Below, piece by piece: positions 51,943 through 64,000 of a stretch of DNA of 64,000 nt. The notes under the pieces are model-generated. The model worked only from the letters and a program-made list of their open reading frames with translations. It had not been told where the DNA came from and did no database searches. The stretch is from the human T2T-CHM13v2.0 reference genome, Homo sapiens, in assembly GCF_009914755.1 (NCBI RefSeq), contig NC_060925.1; one strand, given 5' to 3'. Made by a program: the position numbers and the translations under genes. Position 1 is the stretch's first letter. Every line of letters starts with the position of its first letter.

Positions 51943-54900
51943 ATGTATTATTAGTTCCTAGAATAGCACCTGAAAGCATTCTACTGCTGAATGAATATTT
52001 GACGGTGAAATTGAATACAAGATTTATGCCCCTCTTATTACCAGGGCTGCTTATGTTCTGGGTACTCACCTGATAGGGAGGTCTTGTTCAGTCGTTGGCC
52101 ATTCTCATCTGACTTTGCTGTCTTCGACTGAATTGTCTTCATTCATCTCTGCTGGCATTTTACAGGATGTTTGTGTTCTGCACTGATTTGATATTGGGTT
52201 CACATTGGGTGCCCTCCTCCCCTGTGTGAGTCACTGTTCCTTCTCGTGCCTCATCCGGGCCTCTTTAGGAGTGCTGGAAAGCTAAGAATGCTCTCTCTGG
52301 CCGCTTGGAGATTGCAGCCTATTGGTGGAGGGAGAAGGAAGGGTTGCCACAGCCCCATCAGCCTGGAATTAGTTTGTCACCATATCTGTACTGTTCATGG
52401 GTTTGGATCTGTGAAATTATGAGACCCTGCCATTTGGCTGAGTACAATATAGGAAGCAAGATAGAAGCTCACTTTGGCTCTGCGATCTATCTGGTCCTCA
52501 CTTGGGCAGAAGGCTGGGGAGAACTTGCCTCCTCTGACTCTCCCCTCCTGTAGGCTCTGGAATTTTCAGCCTATCTTAGACTGGAGGCCCTGGGTTCTTT
52601 ATCTGTTCTTTTCTGTCCTAAGGCATAAGGGCTTTGTTCCTTTGGTATTCAAAAGCAGAGATTTTAATATCACAAGGCCCTGCTATAAAGATCTTTGTCT
52701 CTGCATTGAATATTCAAAGACATTTTAAAATCCAAAAGCCAAGTATAGCTTTTTTTTCCCTCTCTCTCTCTTGAAATGCCTCCTTCTTGAGAGCAGTGGA
52801 TACTTCATGGTCTTGTTTCAAAGGGGCTGAGGGGTGTAGGAAGCCCTTCAAGTAAAAAGGAGTTTGGGGTCAGGGGAGTAGGGCACATCTTCATATTACA
52901 TGTTTTTATTTAAAAACAAACAAAAGTAAAAAAGTAGAAGAAATATAACCCTTGTTTTCTCCCTTCTGGAAATTAATCCTTCTGTATTTGTTTTCTGGAG
53001 AATGATTCTGAATATTCTCTATATGTTTTCTGTGAAAATGTCAGCCTAGTATTCGTTTCTAGTAGATGTGCTTTCAGCAAAACTTGCTCTTAATGTCTCT
53101 GGTGTGCAGTCATCTGAGATTTCTCATTTGTTCCAAGGTACTTGAAGGGCTGATTTGGCTTTGAAATTTACAGCTAACACTCCCTGAACTTGGCTGTAGC
53201 CTTTACATATTTACTGTACATCTTTCACAATATAATGATTTCCAAGCTTCATTTAACTTGATCCATATTAAACAAGTAAGCTTGGGAGGTGGGGGTGGCT
53301 TAAAAAAAACAAAAGGTTGGTGCTTACTGTTTTTGGTATTCTGCCTTGTTTTTGTTAAATCACTTTAATTGGCCCTTTAATTACATTACACTGAGCCCTT
53401 GTTTCAAAGACTCATCTGGAATACCTGCTTAGGAAAAATGTGGGTCAGATGGGAATGAAGCACAAAACTGAGCTGCAACTTAACATGAAAATTCCCCAGT
53501 GGAGCCAAACACTGTCAATTTTTTGTTTATATCTTTGGTGACTTGATGCAAATAGAATCGACAGTTGGCCAGGATCTTTGTTGTTTTGTTTTGTTTTCAG
53601 AGGTATTTAAAAAAAATTTTGCTATCAGGAAAGCAAAGCCTAAACTGTTAGGTATTTGATTACTCTCAATGTTGTTGTTTTATTCTTTTTTATTTTATTT
53701 TATTAAATTATGTAGTTGCCAAAATAAAACTAAGAGCTAATAACTATAAAAGTATTTTGATACTTTGTAAAGTGAGCATATTAAATCATTTGTTTAATTT
53801 CATATATATTCCTCATAAGCTAATTTTATAGGATGATTGATGGCACAGAGAATGTGCATGTTAAAGAAAGGGGGTAAAAGCTACATATACCTGTTCAGTA
53901 AATAAATTGGAGGAGAGAAAAGTCTGTCGGCTGATTCTGGCAGAAGTTTCTCATGATGTTTGAGAAAGTAGAATGTAATACAGAGACATCTTAATATGAG
54001 CTATATGTTTTTTGTATGAATATAATAATAATAGGAGTTTTTCCCATTTTGGTGGCTATAAAATTTTACTTTCCAAGAGTTATTTTAGTATTTTTTCTTT
54101 TATTTACTTTAACTCTTTGGAAATCAATCTGAAATTTTACTTGAAAGTGTTCAGTTTCTGGTTCATGTCAATTACATTTGATTCAAAGGCTTTGTTCATT
54201 TTTAACCACAAGAAGATAATCATTCATATTAGCAGTTGGTTGTCCTCTGTGTACCTAATTAAATTGTATTAATAAGGTGAAATGAACATTGTCAAACTGT
54301 ACTTATTTACTTTTAAATATATCTCATTTTGATATAACGATTTGATTCTTAGCTCCTTTGTCAGAATGTACTACAAACAGAAAAATCGTTTCATAAATTA
54401 TTGCTGTTACCATTAATTCATACTGGTGAAACATTCATGATGTCAATAGTGTTATCCATTATAATTGGTTAAAGTCCATGAATTTCATAGATGTTCATGT
54501 TTATTTTTACTGTACAAATGATTTGTTGTTCAAAATAGGTGGAAATAAAAAGGTTCAGGTGAAGTGAGAGTTTGTAACTATAATTTGGATGGGATTATTA
54601 GCCATTTAAAAAAACAATTCTAAGCTTCAAATCCTTTCTCGTACAAGGTTATAGAGGAAAGAAGGTTAAAAAAGTGTAGTTTACATCTGAAGATGAATGT
54701 GAACAAATTATTGGGCTACTTAAACAGATGCAAATGCATCTCCATAAGTTTTCATTGAGATCACAGATTAAAGCAATTCTAGAAGAAATCTGTATGGGAA
54801 GAAAACAATGTAGAAAATAAAGAGGAATGATTTTGTCAATATTATCCAGCTTCGCACATTAGCATAACTTGTCTATAAGTTTTTATTGGGAAAGACCTCC

Positions 54901-55367
54901 TTCCCACCTTCCACCTTTCAAAAGTACTTCCTCATTCCATGAGATATTGCTAGAAAGTCTACCATTAAAAATTGGTTTCCAGAAAGTATCACTCCTCTTT
55001 GGGAATGCATGTATCCCTCATTAGGGTAGCAATGGCTCCGATCAGTGATTCACAGGTGGATATCGAAACTTCATCATCTGTGTGGCCTCTGTGGCTGCTA
55101 GATGGGATCAAGGCTGCTGAAAAGTGAAAGAAGATTGTGTGCTGGCTTGTGCTGGGTGACCATGGGCCAGTTGTGGGGAGTGAGAGGTAGTTGTGAGGAA
55201 GCAAGGAAGTACAGAAGACTGGGCTCTTCATCATGTACCCTGAGGCTGCCTCCAGCAAACTGTTAAACTTGGAAATTAGACTATGCTAGCTTGATTACCT
55301 GTTGGTGCATTTGAAATGCAGTGGGAGCTTTTTCTTGAAAAATAAAAAAAAAAAAAAATACTTTCCA

Positions 55368-55500
55368 GGCCAGGAGTGGTGGCTCATGCCTGTAATCCCA
55401 GCAATTTGGGAGGCTGAGGCAGGAGGACTGCTTGAGGCCAGGGGTTGAAGAGCGGCCTGGGCAACAAAGTGAGACCTTGCCTCAAAAAAGAACAAAAATA
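55368..55500 (+). mobile_element. FLAM (free left Alu monomer) with an AT-rich expanded tail
   Basis: Monomer only; TSD-like aaaatacttt(c/t)ca at about 55356 and 55611. Confidence 0.75.
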
Positions 55501-55959
55501 AAACCCAAAACCATAAATATATAATATGTAAAATATATATATTAATGTTTTGGGTTTTTTTTAATTTAAATACATAAATATATCTATATCTATATATTCT
55601 AAAATAAAAGAAAATACTTTTCAAATAAGAACTTATATCTTCAGCTGTGATTACAGTTTATAGATTTGCCTATTTAAATGTCAGAAGTCTGTCGAATACA
55701 ATGATTTATAGAAGTTGTTAAAAAAAATTCCCACATGGCTTCTTTATTAAAAAACAAAAGCTACAGTTAATTGCCCATACAAACAGAGTTTTTATTTAAA
55801 ATGGAACAAAATTTAATGTCCATAAATTTAACTTATGAATGTAAATTGAATGACATAGATCAGTAATTTGTCCTAATTGTTATAATCTACTCAAAACAAA
55901 ACATTGGTAAAGCTTTTGTCTACAGAAAAATTACTTTTTTGTGTCTATAGATAAATTAC

Positions 55960-56270
55960 TTTTTTGTTGTTGTTGTTGTTGTTTTGAGACAGAGTCTCGC
56001 CGTGTCACCCAGGCCAGAGTGCAGTGGCACAATCTCGGCTCACTGCAACCTCTGCCTCCCAGATTCAAGCGATTCTCATGCCTCAGCCTCCGAAGTAGCT
56101 GTGATTACAGTTGGGCGCCACCATGCCCAGCTAATTGTTTTGTATTTTTTAGTAGAGATGGGGTTTTGCCATATCAGCCAGGCTTGTCTTGAACTCCTGA
56201 CCTCAAGCGATCCACCTGCCTCGGCCTCCCAAAGTGCTGGGATTACAGAAGTGAGCTACCAAGCCCAGCC
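55960..56270 (-). mobile_element. AluS
   Basis: TSD ctata(g/c)ataaattactt. Confidence 0.92.
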
Positions 56271-56551
56271 TATACATAAATTACTTACAATATATGGGAT
56301 GTATTATAGTAAAATAGAAGTAACTAAGCTAAAGCCATCTGTATTCAACCTTAAAAAAGTTATTTATTGCTGTAATATATTGATTCATTCAACAAATTTT
56401 TACTGAATGCCTACCATGTATTGGTCACTATTCTAGGTGCTGGGGGGTCACTGTGAATAAAATGGACAAACTCCCTGCTTTCAAGGAGCTTGCCTTGTAA
56501 TGATGCCAGTCATAGCCCAGATTAGTAGTCTATTTTTAAGAGAATTTGTAG

Positions 56552-56945
<394 letters not shown>

Positions 56946-58024
56946 TAATTTTGTAACTTAGCATAATTACCTAGTGAACGTTCTTGAGTTGAAGATGCAT
57001 TTATGTTTATATTAATTTGGTAAATGAAATTAATTATTTCAACAACTGTATATGAAAAGGCTGTTATCTGCTGGGAACTGTTTTAAGGATAATGGCAGTT
57101 AGAAAAATGAATCAGAAACAGATCCTGACCTCAAGGTATAGTCAATAATGGAGAATACAACAGTGACAGAAGAATGGAAGAAAAGCAGTTATAAAATAGG
57201 CTTTGTGCCAATCTCAGTAGTTAAATAGAATGAAGCGCTGTGTGTCTGTGTGGAGCAGGGCAGTACTATTGCCCTTATATGTGTGCGTTGAAAAGTTAAT
57301 ATTTTCAACTTTGTATTTCTTCCAACGATTACAACTTATACCTGTTTTATTACGATAATACCTTCTCTCTCCAGCCTAGAATGTAGAAGCAGTCTCTGCT
57401 AAGAGATCCTTGAACTCTAGGGAAATAAAATGCAATCAGATTTTAGATGGTTATATAGCTGTGATTTTCTTTACTTTCTAGTCTCTATCTTATTTAGTCT
57501 TCCTAAATAACGTAACTAGGAATGACAGTAAGGAAATAAGTTACAAATGCATTTAAATTTCCCTGTGGAATAAGAAATAGGTAGTATCTGAAGGATACAC
57601 TGATTTATGAAATAAATATTACATTAATCTAACATTTAACAATTGAAGAAAAATGACTTCACAGGAAGAGAAATCTCTAAAATATTTCAATAAATAACCA
57701 ATATTTTGATTTAGACTATACAAAAGCCTCAGCTATTAGGAACACAAACAGTGACAGGTCCTTTTCATCTCTGAGAGACAGGTAAGTTGTCTCATTTCTG
57801 TCTTATTGGTGTAAAAACAAAAACACAAAGATTATGTGGCTTTTCATTCTGATCAGTTATTAGCTAAAGTGAAAGGAACCTAGGCTTGCTGTCTGGTACT
57901 TCACCACTGGTTACCACTGTGGTTTATGGAAGAACAGCAATGAGGTAGGGCCAGAAAATGATATTTACAGAGATTTTTATGAAAAGGCCAATTATACACA
58001 AATTTCTTTGTCTCTGATTTGTAG

Positions 58025-58184
58025 TTACCAGCTGACAAGTGGATACAAGCCTGCCCCTATGGACCTGAGCTTTATCAAACTCACCCCATCGCAAGAAGCA
58101 ATGGTGGACAAGTTGGCAGAAAATGCACATAATGTGTGGGCGCGGGATCGAATCCGGCAGGGCTGGACTTATGGCATCCAACAG
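58025..58184 (+). CDS. RYR2: RYR2 coding exon (probable exon 26, 160 nt; [15 protein letters not shown]...GWTYGIQQ; RyR repeat 2)
   Basis: gatttgtag|TTAC ... CAACAG|gtacat; phase 2 to 0. Confidence 0.97.
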
Positions 58185-58822
58185 GTACATGGGAATTAGC
58201 ATTTGGTCTGAGACTTACTTAAGTGGGAATTAGCATAATTTGTAACAGGAAGGATTACATAATGACTATTTTAAAACTTGTATCATATAGATCACATATA
58301 GTGCACATTTGGACTAAAACAGCTGTTTAATGCTAGACTCAAGAATTTACATGACCTTAGTTCTGGCTGTGATCGTGAACACATGTGAGGCACACAATGA
58401 ATAATACTACACTGGTGACTTATAATATGGTTTTGTGGTATTTCTCTCTCTGAGACTGTATTTTAGGAGAAACTTTTGAAATGTAAGAAGACTGGGATAA
58501 AGTGATAATAAAACGGGTTCACCATCCCTTATTCACAACCCCTGGGGCCACATAAATTTCAGAATTCAGTCTTTTTATTTGGTTTTCAGAATGGTGATTT
58601 GAGGATATATTACATGTGTATACATAACAACCTTGGTAGGGCAAGTGACTTCAAATTGCAATTCATTCCGCACAAGGGAGGCATGGTCATACCAAAGAGG
58701 GGTAAAGGCCATAAACAGCCTCGCATCAGTTCAGGTTTCACCACTGAGTTACTGTTGCAGATCATTTTGCTCTAGGCATCAGTAGATATTCAGGTATTTG
58801 GGTATTAAGGTATTCAGGATTA

Positions 58823-59158
<336 letters not shown>

Positions 59159-60135
59159 ACAGTATTTACAGTATTTATTCTCTGGTTTACCAGAACAACC
59201 CCTGTGTGATTCCATAGCTTTCTTTTTTTTTTTTTTTTTTTTTTTTTTAACTCTTGGGAGATGTGGTGGGAACATCCACAGCCTCCCAATTCCTGCTTAT
59301 CTTAAAGTATTGAGAATTGATTATGCTTCTTGAAATGTGGAGACTTGAGCAAATACTGCAGCAGGTCTCAGGGAGTGAATGGAAAGAAGTAATTTCCAAA
59401 GTGGCATTGCCCTACACACTTGTAGGAGTAGATGCATCTCCCCGATCCCATGGAATTCAGTTCTGTACTCTAATATTAAGCATCCTTTTGCCAAGATAGT
59501 AAGATAGCCTGTTCACTCTCTCTGTGTCAACACATTTTAACCACAGTTTAACATTGGAGCCTCTCGTACAATAGACAAGTTATGGGTTTCATAGTCATTT
59601 TAGTGCCCCTGGCATTGCCGGGTTTCACTGGTTGGTGGATTCAACCCAATGCATATTTTTCAGTTAGGGACATAGAAGGGTGGTCCATAACACGCTGGAA
59701 TTTTTTGAAGAAGGGAAAGCAGCCTTAAGTTCTTCATTGCCTGAAAACCACTGAGGGAGAACCAGCACTAATTTGGCTGTTCTTGGAATAAAACCCTGTC
59801 CATGAACTGTACTCAGAAGTTATATGTTCTCTAAGTTTGTCCTTTGCCATGTGAACGTGGCAGATGGAAGTGGTTAGAGATCACTGAAGTTGTTTTTTGT
59901 TATTGTTGTTTTTCCTTCTCATGGAGAGGGTCTGCTTTCCATAGATGCGCTTATTCATTTGATTGAATCCTGTATATTGATAGTGTTTTGGTAACTTTGC
60001 AGCCTGGGAAGACGCATGGATTGTGGAAGGGTCACGTTTTTCTCATGGAATTTAAAGTTTGATGTATTTGGTAGCTACTTATTTCTAAAAGCCCTTGGTA
60101 TTGCTTTGACGGCTGCACCCTGTGTTTTCCTGCAG

Positions 60136-60283
60136 GACGTAAAGAACAGAAGAAATCCTCGCCTTGTTCCCTACACTCTTCTGGATGACCGAACCAAGAA
60201 ATCCAACAAGGACAGCCTCCGCGAGGCTGTGCGCACGCTGCTGGGGTACGGCTACAACTTGGAAGCACCAGATCAAGATCATG
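60136..60283 (+). CDS. RYR2: RYR2 coding exon (probable exon 27, 148 nt; [13 protein letters not shown]...APDQDH)
   Basis: tttcctgcag|GAC ... CATG|gtattt; phase 0 to 1. Confidence 0.97.
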
Positions 60284-60839
60284 GTATTTTGGTTTTACTT
60301 TCCTCTTCTTCGGTTGCAAGATGATGTAGTAGTTCTTTAAAGCCAAATAAATGAATAAAAGGGGGAGTACTGGATAGAGTCCTCTAGTCTAGGTATGGAA
60401 TTTCAGCCAAGTGGATTTTCTTCCCTGAAAAACACCTGAGGGATTAGACCCATCTCTCAGTGGGATGGCTCAGGATGCTGATGATTCTTTGGGCGGAGAA
60501 AATGGGCCTGTCTTCCTCAAGCCTCTGAGATCAGTAGGTACCTCCCTGATTATGATATTGGGCTCCTCCCCTAGCCCACCAGCCCTCCTCCAGAACAGCT
60601 GATTTTTGCTGATTTGGGGAATAAGCTTGTAGTGGAGGCTAGTGTTTTACAAAATCCCACCTTCATCATTTACACACACGTACAGGCAACATTGAATTAA
60701 TTAATGTGATATTCTGCTTTAAGGGAAACACATTACAATAGATACTCAATAACTAACTATGTGTTGAACACAATGGATTTTTAAAGGTTCTGCAAAGAAT
60801 ACATTTTCCTTAAATAATACCTTTGAAGAATGTAGTTTA

Positions 60840-61196
<357 letters not shown>

Positions 61197-61989
61197 TTAG
61201 TTTAATACCCATTTTCAAAAAATTGGCAAAAAACAAATTACGGTTGTGTGCTTCGTCACAGGGCCTATAATTTTTGATGGAAAGTTTTAAAAATGTATTC
61301 CAAATGTATTCTAGTGGCTCATATTTTCAGTGCATTACCTGTACATAAAAGTGGATCTTAAATAATAATGATAGTTTATATATTCACTGTGTAAGTGTTT
61401 CTAAGACTTTTACAATTATTATTTAATCCTCACAGTAACTCTTATGAGGATGATGCTTGTATTACGCTCATTTTACAGATAAGGAAACTGAGATTCAGGG
61501 ACTTCTGTGTCTTCCCATTTAAAGTGGCAGGTGTAGGATCCTAATCATAGGCATCCTGACATATTTTAGTCCTTTGAATTGAGTAAAGACATACTTGGCA
61601 TCTTGACAGATCTTATCAGTTACTGGATTCTTATATTTGCTGCAAATTAAATGACGTATCTACTTGTTAACAGTAATATCCATAATGCTAACATAATATC
61701 TATCTTGAGGTTAGCTTTCTAACAACAGAGATGTGGTACACGCATTATGAATCAGTTGCTGTTAGGTGTGCAGATACCAAGAAGATTCCTGTCTCAAAGA
61801 GTGTACAGTCCCTGTAACCACTGGGAAGAAAGTAAACAATAAAAGGCTTGTAAGCCAAAAAATGGCAATCAAAGAGACTTCTGTAATTCTCTGATATAGA
61901 ATAAACCCTCAAAGCTAATTAGTTCTATATAATTATGTTTTTAAATTGAAATAGAAATTGTTTTAAAAACAATTTAAAAAATAGTTTTT

Positions 61990-64000
61990 AAATTGAATAG
62001 AAATTTGTATACAATAAAATGTACACATCTGAAGTGTTCAGTCTGGTAAATTTTGACAGTTGTAGAAACAAAAGGAACCACTACCGAAAACACCTCCAAT
62101 ATTTTCTTCATTCCAGAAAGTTTGTGTTCCCAACAAAGTAACCACTTTGTAAGTTCTATCATTACAGATTAATTTATAGCAAATAGACATATAAATGTAA
62201 CCTATAAATGTAGATTTTATAATCATTATCACGTGTATTTTTTATATGTAGTTTCTTTTGTTCATCATGATGCTTTTATGATCTTGCATGTTTTATGTAT
62301 ATCACAAAATCTATTGCTCAGTGGCATTCCTTAAATAATAATAGTAATAATTTACTGTTTGTTTATCCATTCTCCTATAGATGGATGATGTGGGTTGTTT
62401 CCAATTTTAGGTGATTATGGATAAGGCTGCTATGAATATTCATATACAAATCTTGGTATATAATTAATATAATTAATCTTTCATTTCTCTTAGACTAAAT
62501 ATTTAGGAATATAATTACCGAGGCATATTTTCTAATTTTTGTTGGCCTTTTTACTGAATTGTGTTTCTAAAAGTATATTTTGGATAGAAGAACCATGTCA
62601 GGTATGGAAGGATTTTCTTCTGTTTGTAAGTTGCTTTTTCATTTTCTTAATGAGGTCTTTCAAAGAGCAGACATTCTTAATTTGAAGTCCATTTATGATT
62701 TTTTTCCTTTATAGTTGTGGGTTCCTAGGACATCTTTGCCTATGCAAAAACAAAAATATTGTCTCTTATGTTTCCTTCCAGAGTTTTATTATTCTAGCTT
62801 TTACTTGTAGGTGTGTGATCTAAAGTGAGTTAGCTTTTGTGTATGATGTAAGCTTAAGATCAAGGTTCATTTGTTGCACAGATGAATATCCAACTGTCCC
62901 AGCACCATTTGTTGGAACAATTATCCTTACCAAATTAAATTACCTTGGCGTCTTAGTCAAAACCTATTGAACACATAAGTCAGTCTATTTCTGGACTGTA
63001 TATTCTGTTCCATTGATCTGTATGTCTGTCCTTAAGTTAATATTCCATTCTCTTCATTTTTATCACATAGTAAATTTAAAATCAGGTAGGGCAAGTCTTC
63101 CAACTTCTTTCATATTTTATAAAGGTTTTTTGTTCTTCTTTTGCATTTCCATATACATTTAGATTCAACTTGTTAATTTGATTTGGATGGGATTACAGTT
63201 GAATTCGTAGGTCAGTTTGGGAAGAATTGATATTTTAGCCATATTTAGTCAACCAATTCATGAACATGGTACATTTGTCCATTTATTTTCATCCTCTTTA
63301 GTTTCTCTTAGCATTGCTTTGCAGTTTTCAGACTAGAGGTCTTATACATTATTTGTTTGATTTATCTATATTTTTGATACTATTAAATGAAATTAGTTTA
63401 AAGTTCATTTCATTTTCCAACTGTACACGAATATGAGATATATAATTGATATTTACATATTGATCTTATATCCTGTGATTTGGCTAAATTTATATGTCAG
63501 TTCTATTTTTTTGTAAATTCAGTGGGATTGTCTATATACATAATCATGAGGTCTGCAAAAACTAAACCTCACTTTTTCTTTTACAATTGGTATAGCTTTT
63601 TTGCTTCTTGATTTATTGAACTGGTAAAGAATTCAGAACACTATTGAATAGAAATGGTAAGAGAGTTTATTCTGCCTTATAGGGGGAAAGTTGTGATGTT
63701 TCACCATTAAGTATGATGTTAAGTATAGCTTTTTATAGCTGTCCTTTATCACATTGAAGAGATTCCCTTCTGTTCTTAGTTTGTGGGTGATTTTATCATA
63801 AATAGGGTCTTGAATTTTGTCCAGTGCTTTTTTCCCCATTTATTGAACAGATTATGTATTTTTCTCCTGTATTCTGTGGATATCACGACTATCAAGTGAT
63901 TTTCAAATGTTAAACCAACTTTCTAGTTCTAGGATAACTCTCTTCAGTCATGATGCATTGTCCTTTTTTACACAGAGCTGTATTCTATTTGTTAATATTT
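61990..64000 (-). mobile_element. Old L1M fragment running off the end of the window
   Basis: T-rich reverse L1 motifs (cccagcaccatttgttg, ttcaccattaagtatgatgtt). Confidence 0.75.

Overview
This window is primate, almost certainly human, genomic DNA from inside the cardiac ryanodine receptor gene RYR2 on the + strand. Ten consecutive coding exons with canonical GT-AG boundaries splice into one open frame (1262-1380, 2418-2551, 5975-6216, 10175-10367, 12753-12969, 16174-16278, 21151-21254, 40037-40120, 58025-58184, 60136-60283). From recalled numbering these are exons 18-27, about aa 570-1072, covering the end of the N-terminal solenoid, SPRY1 and the Repeat1-2 domain. The rest is intron, dense with Alus, L1/L2/MIR, two solo HERV-H LTRs (LTR7B-like and LTR7-like), MLT2 LTRs, hAT and Tigger DNA-transposon fossils and simple repeats. 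Nearly all other ORFs in the track are Alu, L1 or low-complexity artefacts. I see no new gene system. The points most worth following up are splicing and structural-variant architecture: an Alu inserted into the exon-19 branch-point region, an in-frame exon between direct Alus, exons bracketed by inverted Alus, and candidate cryptic or terminal exons. The antisense embryonic-type LTRs and several nested or inverted retrotransposition events are also of interest. Repeat subfamily names and repeat boundaries are assigned by eye and are approximate.
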